From the NCBI RefSeq assembly GCF_009914755.1, contig NC_060928.1: a DNA stretch of 64,000 bases; one strand, written 5' to 3'. The notes under the pieces were generated by a model. The model did no database searches. It had not been told where the DNA came from and saw only the letters and a program-made list of their open reading frames with translations. This stretch comes from the human T2T-CHM13v2.0 reference genome, Homo sapiens. Positions 1-18,738 of this stretch are shown piece after piece; the stretch's first letter is position 1; every line of letters starts with the position of its first letter. The position numbers and the translations under genes are program-made.

Positions 1-48
1 TAAATATATACATCTACTATGTACCCACACAAAATTTAAACATAATAA
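1..48 (+). mobile_element. 3' terminus of an older L1 (L1PB/L1MA-type), cut by window edge
   Basis: TAAATATATACATCTACTATGTACCCACACAAAATTTAAA resembles the L1MA/L1PB 3' end. Confidence 0.7.
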
Positions 49-1720
49 TGAAAGGGTAATTAGGCTTATAGGAAACCTTTTTCAATGTCCTACTTGTTTA
101 AGTTGTAGGATGACAATAATAAAATAATATTTTATTTCTTTCCTGCATATATTGTGGTTTAAACTATCTATCACATGACTATTTAATCTAATGCCACCCT
201 AAAGGTAGATGGTCTAAGACCTCATTTATAAGTATTGTTAGATCAATACATAACTATATAAACTATATTTACTATGAATTTTCCTAACTCTTAAACTTGT
301 AAGACAAGTAGAAGTAAATTACCATAGACTTCAAATGATAACTTTAGTGATCATTTTATTTCACTCAATTATGTAAATTTTGTGTAAGCTAGTAACTGTA
401 AAATCTACTTTTTATAAAAAGAATGTTCTAAAAAATGTTTATTCGATTTACTTATAGTTTAGAATTTTTGGAATTTATTGCTGCACTTACATTTACATAT
501 TACATATCAAAATAGTATTGATTTCTTGACATGTACTAGAAAAAATAATGACAAAATATAGATTACTTGAGAATTGGAAGTTTGAGCATAAAAAGCTATC
601 ATAGGTACTATGTCAGCAACACTGACATCTTGTTAGGGAGACTTTAAAGCATGAGTTCCATTTGACATATCTTCTAGACAATTCAATTGAGAGTGTCCTA
701 CAGGGTATTGCTTTGTGTTTGTATGATATAGTAAGAAAATTATTTCATAGGGCAAAATAGACATCATTTAAATGATTTTATTAAAAATCTTATAAACTAA
801 AGATTACATTTAAATCTTGGAAAAATCAGTCATTCCAAATGATTTCTACACGATGATGTAATTTAGAAGTTGGGAATTCAGTGCCGTCATCCCAGTGACT
901 TTTGGTCAACCAAATAGTGAACTTAACCAACCTCTTTCACATTGTTGTGATACAGAATCTGCCAGAGCTGAGGATATACATTATTATATTGAAAAATAAT
1001 GTGGCATGTTTTACTTTTTTGTTTCAGAACTTTTGGGAACTTATTTGCAAAGAAGTCCCCGCCATAAAGATCTATAATCTTTTCAACAACCTATTTGGGA
1101 AAATGCATGATAGGGCCGTGAAAAACATTATGTTCTAAGACAAAGGCCTAATATTATCATGAGCAGCCTAGAGTGATGGAGAGAACACTAAATGCTGACT
1201 GGGTGCTGTTTTCAATGTGATCATCAAGTGGCCATGTGACCTTCAATGGATGCCAGCTTTCCATGAGGCTTCAACTCCTCATTAACGAATGAGCAAAATA
1301 ATACTTACCTCAACTTCTTTCTAGGGCTATAGAGAAAAAAATGTTTAGAAAGAATGTAATATTTTAAGAGAGCATATTGTTCTTTATTGCCATAATAAAA
1401 GTAATCATAATCTACATTATGAGGATCACCTTGGTATAGTATTAAGCATGACACTGAGAAACAGGCGATGAGAGTTTCAGTTATGCCTTCTGAGTTTATT
1501 ATTGGTTGACCTTGGAAAAGCTCCTTAACTTCTCTGCATCTCTTTTGCTGCTTTTGTAAAAAGAAAATGAAAAGACAATACATTAATCATGGCAGGAAAC
1601 TGGAAATTACAATCTTTCCAGGTTAAAACCACATGTTTTGAAGTAAAATCTTTTAGTCTAAGATTTTTTTAAGATAATGGATAATGAATTTTCAATAATA
1701 ATAATAGCATATTCTCAATA

Positions 1721-1961
1721 ATAATAATACTTAAATATATTGAACTTCTACATTATTTAGGAAATATGCTACTTTATATGTATGTTATTTAGTCTTCAGA
1801 AAAAAACACTCTGAGAGATATTATTTTTGTCATTTCACCACTAAGGAATCTGAATTTCAAAGGTTAAGTAACCTTATCAAACTCATAGAGAGACTAGCAA
1901 TAAGTTTGAGATTTAAATACAGTATGATTCTAAAGCACAGGTTTTGAACCATCATGTTCCA
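1721..1961 (-). mobile_element. MIR SINE
   Basis: Degenerate MIR core (AAGGAATCTGA...AGGTTAAGTAACCTTATCAAACTCATAG...GATTTAAATACAG) with (AAT)n tail on the left. Confidence 0.7.
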
Positions 1962-3169
1962 ATATTCTCAATATAATATAATAGCTCTGGGTATGAATAA
2001 ACAGTTTCAGTTTGAGTCTGTAAAAGATCAGTGGTAATTCAAGAACAAAAACAATTTAGTCTTTAAAAGACACAACAGTTGTGCCCTACATGATATTTTA
2101 CCCCTCTTTATACTTTATTTACACTGTGCCCAGCATATAGGAGCTGGATGTTTTATACTTGAAACAGGGTTAATAGCACTTGGTTATATGATTTGACAGT
2201 CAGCTTATATGTCCATTCACCTCACTTGAGACTTCTAGACCACACTGCCAAAATATCCATTTTAGTTATGAGAAAAAATATATTAGAGAACTGTGGAGAG
2301 AGGGAACCAAAGTTAGTTTAGGCATGAAATTGTTCTGAGCTGAGAATTTTGCCCCTAGGAATTTTAAGCAAATATGGATCCACTCCTCCATGAATTAGAA
2401 ACATTTGTAGTTTCCTACATAGTGCAGACCTGAGGATTTCTTTTATTCTTTTGTTCTTTATTCTTTAATTAGAAGAATTAAATTGAATGGTTCCTGCGAG
2501 ACTTATGGCAGATTGTACTTTCCAATATAGCTACAACAATATTTCCCAACACTTATGCTCAACTGCAATGTAATCTTGTCTTTTGGAAACTGCAGAGGAT
2601 TGGAAAATTGGCAGAAAAACAGTTGTATATATTACATGTCACATGTTACATGTTACATGATTCAGTCATTGGGTGAGGTGACAGCAGATCACAATTTATT
2701 TTTTCCTTAGCACTTTGAGACCTGACTCTACCTCTAAAAACATTTATTCATAGAACAAGCAAAGCAACCGTAGAGAACTGACTACAGCCAAGAGTTGTTC
2801 TAAGAAGGGTATTAAAAAGTCTTCACCTCCTACATTCAGCTGGAGCAAGAACAAGGACATTTTCTACTTTGGAAATAGGAGCAAGAGTTCTGAGGGAAGA
2901 GCAACTGGTGCCATTGGTCTCTGGCTTGTCCACTAGCTCAAATTGTAGATTTTTCTCCTTTTTACATTTAATGTCTATGGGTTGAAAAATAAACAATTTA
3001 GTTCAGCTATGTGGATCGGCTAAAAAAAATAATGAAAGAGCATAATTAAAAATGTACTGAAGTTACTTTAGAAAACATTCAGCAGCAGTTGCCTAGATTT
3101 TACTTTTTGCTGCACCTATTTTTTTCTCAGATAGAAGTGTATACTCACATCTAACAAATAGCTTTTTGA

Positions 3170-4140
3170 CATTTTTGTTAACCAGTCACTGTACTAGATG
3201 GCAATGAGTGAATCAGGAAGATCTTCTCTACCCTCATGTGGCTGACATTCTAGTAGAAAACATAAACAACATTAAATTACATTGCAAGAAGTATTTGGAA
3301 GTAAGCACTGAGTTCTCTAAGAGTATAAAACAGGGAGCCATAACCTAAAATTGAGTTTGGAGGGCCATTTTTTTTAATGACAGTGATATGTAATCAGAGA
3401 CAAAGAAGATGAGTAACCATTGACAGGGTCAGGTTGAGAGGAGGTCCACAATAATTTCTGTCAGTGGGAAGAACAAGTAAAAAGTTCTTGCAGTGGTGGG
3501 GAGCATGACACATTCGAGCTAATGAAAATTATTCAATGGTTCTATGAGGCAGAAAGCCAGAGGAAATGATCAGAAATGAATGTAGAGAGGGAGGGAGGAT
3601 CATATGCAGGGATGTTTAGGCTTTGTTAAGAGTTCTGCACTTTATCCAAAATACATGGAGAACCCATTAAAGAGTTTTAAACTGAAGAAGAGTAAAACGG
3701 GATTTGGTGTGTGTTTGTTTGCTTTGTTTTGAAAGACCATTGCAGCTATGTTGTGGATAATGGACTGGGGGAGGTAAGAGAAAATGCTCCTAAACCACGA
3801 TGTTAGTTAGGAGGTTTGGTAGAACAGTTAAGCAAACAGGTAATGGTGGCTTTGATTAGGATAGAGAAAAGATAATAGATGCTAAAGTATATTTAGGAAG
3901 TAGAATAAAAACGACTTAACAATGAATTGAATGAGGAGTGAGAGTTATTTTGGCAGCAAAGATAAATCCAGATTATTGGCATGAAGGTTGATGTCTTTTC
4001 AAAATATCAAGAAATGTTTTGTGTTATTTGGTTTGAAATAACTAAAGACATCTAAGTAGAGATTGTAAGAAATCAGTAGATAGGGGCCAGCGGTATATTT
4101 TACACCAGAGGAAAAGTTGGGCATGAAAAATAAAATCTGA
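3170..4140 (-). mobile_element. L2 LINE fragments
   Basis: L2-like motifs (CCTCATGTGGCTGACATTCTAGTAG, CCATTAAAGAGTTTTAA, GGTAATGGTGGCTTTGATTAGG); highly diverged, boundaries approximate. Confidence 0.55.
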
Positions 4141-5356
4141 AGAGGGCTTGAAACAAAAGCTTATGGATGCACATATAAATGTATATGTGTATATGTTCGC
4201 ACATATGTACTTCCCAGATGATTGTTGTAATAAAGTTCTCACAAAAAATACCTATTTGTTATTTGCTTTCTATATAATTCCTTTCAATGATTGGAGATTT
4301 TTTTAAAGACTAAGTTGGGAGTGACTCTTAGAGATCATAAGGACAAGTCTTTTATGAACTATAGAAACTCCTCTTGTAATAATCTTGGGAGGTGCTGGTT
4401 AAGCATCTGTTTCCATATTCCAGATAACAGGAAACTCACTACATTAGGGAATGGGCTAGTTCATTATGGAATGCTTCACTGGAGGGATAAAATCATTTCT
4501 TACATACATGGGTCATAGTTTTTTTGTATAAAACACCATTAAATAGAAACTTCTCTATTTTTATGATACCTTTTCAAACACTATGACTGGTGTTGTGCTT
4601 GTCCAAATACTATCTCCTGAGGTAAAACTCCTCATTTTTTCCCTCCACCTCCTCACCAACTTGTAACATGGTTTTCTAGTTCTTCTGGGTAGTTTTTGAA
4701 TGGATGCATAGTGGTTAGTAAATATATTCCTTTAAATATTTCATATATATACATATACATATATATATATGAATGCAGAAGTGGTGTCTCAGTACATATA
4801 GTTTTGTAAAAAGTTAGAAAGAATATATAGAAGAAAACAATAATGGATTAACTCCCACTAAGTTAGAAAGAGTACATAGTAAAGTCATTAGGAGTGTATA
4901 ATCTAGAACCAGATTACTATGGTTTAAATTGCTTTTCCCATACTTACTATGTATAACTGGAAAACTATTTGATTCCTTGTAACTACTGTATTTTAATTTT
5001 TAAATGAGGGGAATAATATTATTTATTTATGGAAAGTTTTTACATAATTTATTATATACATAGGTCTATACAGTGCCTGGCATATATCAAATACTTTATA
5101 AGTGGTAGATATTATTAGGGTAACTATTTTTTAAAATGATTTGTTCATTCATTTATTAAACAAGAACTTTTTGAGTCCTAACTATATCAGCCTGAAGGCT
5201 GAATGCTAAGGAAAAATTGCTGGCCAATATAAACAAGTACAAACAAGTTCTTGCATTCACGAATTTTATACTCTACTTGAACTATAAGTTGTTTGATGTG
5301 TTATTTTGGTTTTACTGATATTAAAAAGAAAAGTGGCAACATGTGCCTTAAGGACT

Positions 5357-6039
<683 letters not shown>

Positions 6040-6274
6040 GGACTTTAAAAAGGTAATGTTTTCCTCTAAAATCCAAATTAATACCAGTGAAGGACACTAA
6101 CAATAAAAAGCATATAACCTAGTATTATCCAAGAGCTTATCTCACTATCCTTGCTGAACCCAAAGATCACAACAACCACACAGCAAACCTCCAGGCAGTC
6201 CTCACTTAAAGGCCTTTTTCAACAAGCCAGTTCCTACAAGCCCATCTTTGTTTGTCTTCTACCTCTGTTCAATA

Positions 6275-6453
6275 TGTAATTATTGATACATAATATTTTA
6301 TATATTTATAGAGTACACATGATATTTTGTTCCATGCATAGAAGGTATTATGTTCAAGTGAGGGTATGTGAAGTATTCATCACCTTGAGTATTTATCATT
6401 TCTATGTATTGGAAACATTTCAAGTTCTCTTCTAGCTACTGTGAAATATACAC
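6275..6453 (-). mobile_element. Short L1MA-type 3' end
   Basis: ATTGATACATAATATTTTATATATTTATAGAGTACACATGATATTTTG matches the reverse complement of an L1MA 3' UTR. Confidence 0.75.
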
Positions 6454-7519
6454 TGCTTCAATAGAGTATGTGATGCTGTGATCTGTCTCAGTCAGTAGAA
6501 ATTATTATTTGCTTAGCTATATTTAAGTGTTGGGATGATCCTCATTATTTCTGTTATGTATCCAAGCACATTACATAAGGTGTCTCATGTTTGCAAATAG
6601 AAATTCTGCTCTATCTCCATGAATATTTATTGATATAGAATAAACATATTCTCTTTCTAAATGCTTTTGAAAAGCAGTCATAATTTATGTGTAGTATAGC
6701 CTTTCAAATTTCAAATAGGCTTTTCCAACTTGATCTAACATAAAACATATTTAAAGTGCCAGTTATCTTAAACCTGAGACTTATAGTAATAATGTATGAT
6801 CTGCTTCATCTCACTTGATTAATTAGACTAGGGTTGTACATCCATAATAATGAATAATTATACTCTGTCATTGTAAGCTAATTCTCAAAGATTCTTTACA
6901 TGGAGAAAATCCCACCTTCACCCTTCAGAAAAAAAAAAAAAACACACTATGGCTGAAACAAATTAGGGTTTTACTATTATCTCTTAAAATGAAGTCATAA
7001 GATGGGCCATTCAAGACTGATATCATCAAGGACCTACACTCCTATCTTTCTGATCAGTCATCTTTAGATTGTCTTTATTGCCTTATAGTCATGAGACAGC
7101 AGATTCATATTCAGCTTCTTGTTAGTGAAAGCCTTTGGAAGAAGTAATATTTGAGCTCGGAGCTCCTAAATTATGAAAGAGTTAGCCACATTACTTGTTG
7201 GAATAAGAGAATTGAAGGCAGAAGGGACAGAAAATGGAGATAGTGATAAGCAGAAATGTTCAAGAGGAAGAAAGCAGGCCAGTTCAATGGCCCATGGTGA
7301 TCAATGGAAATATGGCATAATAAGAGATCCGAGGTCATCTGGAATCTTGGAGTCATGAGAAGAAGGAAGATTTCTGTTCTAGAAATCCAGTAAGATTTCT
7401 AGGCATGGAATTGACATGTTCTAATTTACCATATTAAAGAGCATCTTGGATTCCATGTAGATAAGATAAACCATTAAAGACATTACTGACATAAGAAAAT
7501 CAAATTAAAAATTTAGTTT

Positions 7520-8125
7520 GGCCATTGTGGAAGACAGTGTGGTGATTCCTCAAAGACCTAAAGACAGGAATATCATTTAACCCAGCAATTTCATTACCAG
7601 GTATATACACAAAGGAATAAAAATCATTATGTTATAAAGGCACATGCATGTGTATGTTAATTGTAGCACAATTCACAATAGCAAATACATGGAATCAACC
7701 TAAATGTCCATCAATGGAAGGTTGGATAAAGAAAATGTGGTACATATACACCATGGGATACTATGCAGCCATAAAAAAATAATAGGATCATGTCCTTTGC
7801 AGAGCATGGATGGAACTGGAAGCCATTATTCTTAGCAAATCAACACAGGAACAAAAAACCAAACACCACATGCTCTCACTTATAAGTGGGAGCTAAATGG
7901 TGAGAATACATGGACACATAGAGGGAAACAACACACACTAGGGCCTTCTGTAGGATGGAGGGTGGAGGGTGGGAGGAGGGAGAGAATCAGGAAAAATAAC
8001 TAATGGGTACTAGGCTTAATACCCGGGTGATGAAATATTCTGTACAACAAGCCCCCATGACACAAGTTTGCTTATGTAGCAAACCTGCTTTTGTACCACT
8101 GAACTTAAAATAATGGTTTAAAAAG
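7520..8125 (+). mobile_element. L1 3' fragment (older L1PA/L1PB-type)
   Basis: ORF2 C-terminal sequence plus 3' UTR GGGTACTAGGCTTAATACCCGGGTGATGAAAT...GAACTTAAAATAA. Confidence 0.92.
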
Positions 8126-8489
8126 TAGTGAAAAAGTAGCCATGCTCACAGGACAGTCATATCTGTGTTAAACTGTTAACCTTCAGGGATAGCAAATGGG
8201 GCATCTTTCTTGCCTCCCCCTAAATTAATATAGATATTTCCCTTCGTTGTTTATAAGGACACCAATACATAATTTTAATATAGACAAGACAAGGAAATAG
8301 AGAAGATGATCTTCAATCCCATTTGTTATCTGCAGTTCTTTCTTTTCATATGGTGCTACTTGCTCATGTAGTTTTACAATAAAACTATCATAACTGGAGA
8401 TAAATGAGGAACCCAAGCCTTAATGATCTCCAAAAGAATTTTGACTTGGGATAGGTACTAAAATCTCAAAGCTTGTTCTATGCTTCTTT

Positions 8490-8777
<288 letters not shown>

Positions 8778-8899
8778 TCTATGCTTCTTTAAGAAAGCCC
8801 ATTCTGTCTTAATAAATGTCATTTTGTTTCACAATTTTGCAGATTTGTGGGCTTTTTTCATAATGAAATATATTCTTATTAAAAACTAATAAAATAACC

Positions 8900-9260
8900 A
8901 TAGTTTCCACTTATTAAATGACTACAACATGCCGGACACTGTGACAAAGGCTTTATATTTCTCATCACATTTAACCTACTAGAATATAAGTCCCCTGCGG
9001 ACAGTGAGGTCTACCTGTTTTGCTCATTCTTGCCTTCTTAGTATGTATAACAGTCTTCGAGTCAGTTGCCACTTCACCATTATTCATTAAATATGAGATT
9101 AATCCTCACAAAACCCCTATGCATGGGCATTATTTGCCCCTCTTCGCTTGTTGAGAAACTAAGGCTTAACAAGTTTGAGCAACTTGCTGAAAACAGTATA
9201 GCTGGTGACAGAGTTCACAGCCAGGTCACAGCCCTGTGATTCTGGAGTCTGTATCTTTAG
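8900..9260 (-). mobile_element. MIR with an apparent L2 3'-end fragment nested (~8978-9095)
   Basis: MIR motifs (ATTAATCCTCACAAAACCCCTATG, GAGAAACTAAGGCTT) split by ACTAGAATATAAGTCCCCTGCGGACAG, typical of an L2 3' end. Confidence 0.6.
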
Positions 9261-9878
9261 CTTTTCCTGCCTCCATTGTTCAATATGTATTTATTAAATA
9301 TTTTAAAACCCTGAAAACATCTTTAAAATAAATGTATGTTCACATGTGGCTCATTTTACATTTTTAGTTTGCCATAGAATTATCAGTAATAAGTGGTAGA
9401 TTTAAAAATATATATCTCTGGACCTGAAGCATTTGGGTCATTACTTTGGTTAAATGGTATTGTCAGTAATTATTTACTTTGACATATAGGTAACAAATAA
9501 CTCTGAAGATCTGATGTTTCCCCAAAAGGGTTTTTGTTGTTGTTGTTGTTGTTTTACCAATTGCTATATTTACATTTCACTTGAAGAGAGAATTTTTTTT
9601 TAAAGAATAGATATTCTTCAGAATTTATATTTTCTTTTCTGCCTGACTCTCAAAAATAATCCAAATAGTGTAGCGTAACATATCAAAGCCTAAATTTCTC
9701 CCAATACAGTACCTAAGTCCATCTTCCAAAAAAAGCAATAATACATCACCCACACAAGAAGGCTTTTATTTTAACGAATGGCTTAACCCCCAAAAATACT
9801 ATTGGGGTATCCTTTAAGTATTCACCTCATTTATAGATACATAGACCAATGTTAAGCATGTTTTCCTTTTCCCACCAC

Positions 9879-9889
9879 CTCTCTCTCTT

Positions 9890-9943
<54 letters not shown>
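9879..9943. repeat. Compound (CT)n(CA)n microsatellite
   Basis: About 10 CT units followed by about 21 uninterrupted CA units. Confidence 0.98.
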
Positions 9944-9945
<2 letters not shown>

Positions 9946-11131
9946 CAATGCCATTATTAGGGGAGTTAAGTACTCGCCTTCTTTACAGAGGGTTGGAAAA
10001 CCTGGTTGATTTTTTTGCAATGTTTATATGTTTTGAAATGCATAACTACCTTTAGAGATTCTAAGTTCACTTTTTTCTACAGTTACTAGCAGAGCATAAT
10101 GCTTGCTAGAATGATTCTACTGCCAAATGAAGAAAGATTGAGCATTATGAAAAGGCGATGCTTTGCACATCCATCAATCACAAACTCTTCTACAACTTGA
10201 AAATTTCACAGTATCTAATTTCAATAAAGCAGTGTTACTGAGGCATACAGTTTCGTGATTTTTAAATTGAAAAGGACACTAGACATTCTAAGCTGAAATA
10301 TAATTTCAGTGTTTTTCTGGAATAAATAAACATTTCAAGGGCTCAAAGATAGTGTTTCCTCTGCCCTTCTCTTGAAAGCTACATGATATATGTTAAGTAT
10401 ATTTTTTTAAAAAAGACCTTATATTTATTTCATTATTATTCTGTTAATATTCACATAACTTCTAGGCACTGTAAAACTACTGCCTGTAAAGTTTCAAATA
10501 TGTTAATTTACTATATTTTATTGTAGCTCTGATAACTATTACCCAACAGTTAATAATTATTTTAATAGAATTCTAAGAGTGTTGAAATAAAATGGTTTTC
10601 TGCTAAAATCCATTTCTCTAGTAAAGCCATTAGCTGAATTATGTCAACTAGGTAATTATCTAAATTTCAAAGAGCTTTGAGAGAAGCACAGTCTGTATCC
10701 TTTGCTAACCAGTCTTCATATATATTTTCTCTAAGAGAAACTATGTAATATTCCTTTCCAACTTTCTTCATAGGACTTATTTTCCATTTGGTAAAATCAC
10801 AACTTTTTATATCATCTCGAAAAATGAAATCATAGAACAAAGTTTTTTTATGAATGTATCTATTTTCCAACCTCTTTTCACAAAGGATATAGTACTACTT
10901 ACATATAATACAAAAGATAAAATGAATAGACATTGAATTTAAAGCAAGATAACCTAAGAATATAAGGGGGAGAATGAAATTAGCATAGAGAATTAGACAA
11001 TTAAAAGCAAGTGATCCTCAACAATGGCTAAAAATAGTTCACAAATATGTTCCATACTTCAAAGATTGACATTAGGAAGACATAACTTTATATTTTCCAG
11101 TTTCTAATTATTCTGATCATCACTATGCTAT

Positions 11132-11734
11132 TTGGTAGACAGAATTCTAAAATAGTCTTGGCCCTGGTATACCTACAACTACTTCCACTCCCACTTATTC
11201 AATCAAACAGTAGCCTAAGTATTGCTGTGAAGAGATTTTACAGAAAAATTAAATTCCCAATTCAGTTAACCTTAAAATAGATAGATTATCTTGGTGAGCC
11301 TGACCTTGCCACATGAACCCTTTAAATCTGGGTCTAAATGTTAAACATGGAGAAGTCAAAGATTAGAAGTGTGAGATGAATTCAATGTGAGGGAAATTAT
11401 CTGCAGCTAGCTTTGAATGCAGAAGGAATCATGTTGCATGGAATGTAGTCAACTTGTAGGAGTTCAAAATGAACCCTGGCAGATAGCCAGAAAGGGAATG
11501 GAAACCTCAGACCTACAGCTGCAAGAATAGAATTCTGCCAACCTAAACGAGCTCAGGAGCTTATATTTATCTTGAGCCTTCAAACACAAACTCAACCCAC
11601 CCAATACTATTTCAACCTTGTGAAACACAGTAAAGATTATCACCATATTGTACTAGATCCACAATATTTGAGCTAACGAGTGAGTGTTATACACATTTTG
11701 TGGTAATTTGTTACACAGCAATAAAAACTAATAC
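11132..11734 (+). mobile_element. MLT1 (E/F-like) MaLR solo LTR
   Basis: TGGTAGACAGAATTCTAA start; TTTGTGGTAATTTGTTACACAGCAATAAAAACTAATACA end. Confidence 0.85.
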
Positions 11735-11771
11735 ACTGTACAACTCCCAGTCCACAACCTGCCGTTCATTT

Positions 11772-15436
<3,665 letters not shown>

Positions 15437-18359
15437 TGTGTAACATACATCAAGTTGTTTTCTGCAGAAAAGTCTTGTCCATGTTGTCCATTGTCTCACA
15501 TGAATCTCAATATGGGCATATCTCTTTAGATTCTTCAATTTTCAAAAGAGATATTAACCTAAACATCCTTCCAGTTGATTTTTATGTGCTCATAATTCTG
15601 CGTTTAAATAGAAGCATAGAATATCTGCATTCAAAGACTTATCCAGAAAAAAATCATAAAATCTCTGACTCCCAACATTCAACAAAAGATGAGTTGAGAG
15701 AACTAGTACTCCAGAAATCTTGACCATCCTTCTCTACTTTTGAGTTTCTTAAAGGTGTTTACAAACTAAGCCAAACATTCATTCATTACATAGCCAGACT
15801 ATATGATTCTGAACCTTCCACACTCAATAATCATTTTTAATAAGATGTGTTTTGTGCTTTTGCTCTAGTTGATTTATCTTGGGCAATTTTAGCACTATTT
15901 TTCTTTTTGTATTTTGTATTATATTTGTAATCCTTCAAGGACTTGTTTATTGACAAAAGTTTGTCCATCTGCAATTCTTGACTTTTAAGATTGCCTGCTA
16001 CATCACCATAAAGCCAATAGATTGGGCAAGAGAATGCATAAAAGTTGAAAAGTAAGGCATTTAGGTCCCAGGCTTGAATTGTCATATCTCACTTATCTTC
16101 ACATTCTATTGGTCAGACCTCTGTTTCATGTCCATATATCAGTCCAAGAGCATATGATAAATATATTTAGCTGTGTACCCATGAATAAAGAGATAAATTG
16201 AAATGAGTTTGACAACTATTTCTTCTCTGTTCATCTCTTTAAAGTGAACAGGAATACAGAGCATGGCTTTGTCTTCTTTTTCTCATTCACATTTTTAAAT
16301 TGCACTAATTTTACCTTTTATTTTATTTTACCTTTTTGTTTGTTGTTTATTTAAGTTGTCTTAAGTTTTTTAGAATAAGGTAGCATATTTATCAATCATC
16401 AACTAAATATTACAACTGGATAGTCTGGGAGATAGAAATAATAGTTATTTCAGAGGGTTCCTGTGAAAATCCAATATATTATTACATATAAAGCACAAAG
16501 AACAGTGCTTAATCATAGTAAATAACAAAAATATTAATTTCCCTAAGTCACAATTGTTATTTGCAATACTATAACAGAAAAAAATTAAAATAACTGCTTA
16601 AGAGAGAAATGGCTCTTCCTAGAGTTAAGATCTAAGATATGCTGTGTTAGGTCATAGTTGCATTGCTATAAAGAAATGCTTGTGACTGGGTAATTTATAA
16701 ATAAAAGAGGGTTAATTGGCTCACTGTTTTGGTATGCTGTACTAGCATAATGCCAGCATCTGCTCAGCCTTTTGGGAAGCTTCAGGGAGATTTTACTCAT
16801 GGCAGAGGTAAAGTGGGAGCAGGCATGTCACATGGTAAAGAAGAAGGAAGAGGTATCAAGTGGGAGGGAGGAAGGTGCCACACACTTTCAAACAACCAGA
16901 TCTTGTGAGAACTCACTCACTATCTCAAAGACAGCACCAAACCATGAAGGATCTGCTTCCATGACCTAAACACCTTCCACAAGACCCCATCTCTAATATT
17001 GGGTATTATATTTCAACATAAGATTTGGGTGGGACAAATATCTAAACCATGTTATTCTTCCCCAGGTCCCTCAAATTTCATATCCTTCTTACATTTCGAA
17101 ATACAACCATTCATCCTCAATAGTCCACCAAAAGTCTGAACTCAATTTAGTATCACTCGAAAGTCCAAAGTCCAAATTCTCATCTGAGCTGAGTTCCTTC
17201 CACCCATAAGCCTGTAAAATCAGAATAAGTTATTTATTTTCAAGGTACAATGGGGTACCAGCACTGGGCTGACATCCCCATTCCAAAAGGGAGAAAACAG
17301 TCAAAATAAAGGGTCTACATGCCCCACACAAATCCAAAACTCAGCAGGGCAGTAATTAAATCTTAAAGCTCAAAAATAATTTCCCTTGACTCCATGTCCC
17401 AGATATTTGGCACACTGGTGCAAGAGGTGGGCTCCTAAGGCCTTAAACAGTTCCACCCTCTGGCTTTTCAGGGTTCACCCCCTAAGGCTACTCTCAGGGG
17501 CTGGAGTTGATTGCCTGTGGCTTTTCCAGGATCAGGGTATAAGCAGCCAATGGCTCTACCATTCTGGGAGGCTTTAGGATGGTGGCTCCTTACCACAGAC
17601 TCATTAGGCAGTGCACATTGGGGACAGTGTTTGGGAGCTCCACCCTCACATTTCACCTTAATATTACCCCAGTAGATGTGCTCTGTGAAGTCTCCACCCC
17701 TCCAGCATGCTTCTGTCTGGAGACCTGGGCTTTCCCATATCTCCTCTGAAATCTAGGTGGAGGCAGCCAAGCCTCCTTCACTCTTGCACTCTACAAACCC
17801 ACAAGCTTAACACCATATGGATGCTGCAAAGGTTATGGTTTGCACTCTCTGCAGCAATGGCCCAAGCTATATCTGGAGCCCTTTTACCCACAGCTGGTAC
17901 TGGATTGGCCAGGATGCAAGAAATGGCCTCCTAGGGTGGCTCAGGGCAATGGTGCCCTGGACTTGGGATCTGAAACCATTTAGTCCTTCTGGGCCTCTGA
18001 GCCTGTGATGGGAAGAACTGACTTAATGATCTCTGAAATGCCGTTAAGACCTTGCTTCCATTGTGTTGGCTCTCAACACCTGGCTCTCTTTCAGTCATGT
18101 AAATATCTCTAGCAAGTGGTTTCTTTGCAATCTACTCTGATTCTTCCCTGAAAACGGGATTTTCTTTTCTACCATATGGCCAGGCTGCACATTTTCTAAA
18201 CTTTTACACTGTTTCCTCTTTAAATATAAACTCCAGTGTTGAGTTATTTCTTTGCTCCTGCCTCTGAGTATAGGCTGTATATAGTATATACAAGTATACA
18301 AGTATAGCCACAAGGCAATATCATGAATACTTCGCTGCTGCACAGAAATTTCTTCTGCT

Positions 18360-18654
18360 GACTAGGCACGGTGGCTCACACCTATAATCCCAGTACTTCA
18401 ATAGGCCAACATAGGCAAATCACTGGACCCAGGACATCAAGAGCAGCCCAGGAAACATGATGAAACCCCATCTCTACCAAAAATTATAAAAAATTAGTCA
18501 GGTGTGATAGAATGTCCCTGCAGTTCCAGCTACTCAGGAGGCTGAGGTGACAGGAAAACTTGAGCCTGGGAAAATGGGGCTACAGTGAGCCATGATTGTG
18601 CCACTCCACTCCAGCCTTGGTGACAGAGCAAGACCCTGTCTTAGAAAAAGAAAG

Positions 18655-18717
<63 letters not shown>

Positions 18718-18738
18718 GAGAAAGAAAGAGAGAAATTA
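18360..18738 (+). mobile_element. AluJ-like element in MST internal region, with (GAAA)n tail
   Basis: Diverged dimeric Alu; flanking AGAAATTTCTTC at 18344-18355 and 18739-18750. Confidence 0.93.
18645..18733. repeat. (GAAA)n tetranucleotide STR
   Basis: About 15 perfect GAAA units plus GAGA variants. Confidence 0.97.

Noticed and set aside
2633-2659. ACATGT-containing 7-bp tandem resembling p53 half-sites
   Set aside because: Lacks the RRR/YYY flanks and 10-bp spacing; simple slippage repeat.
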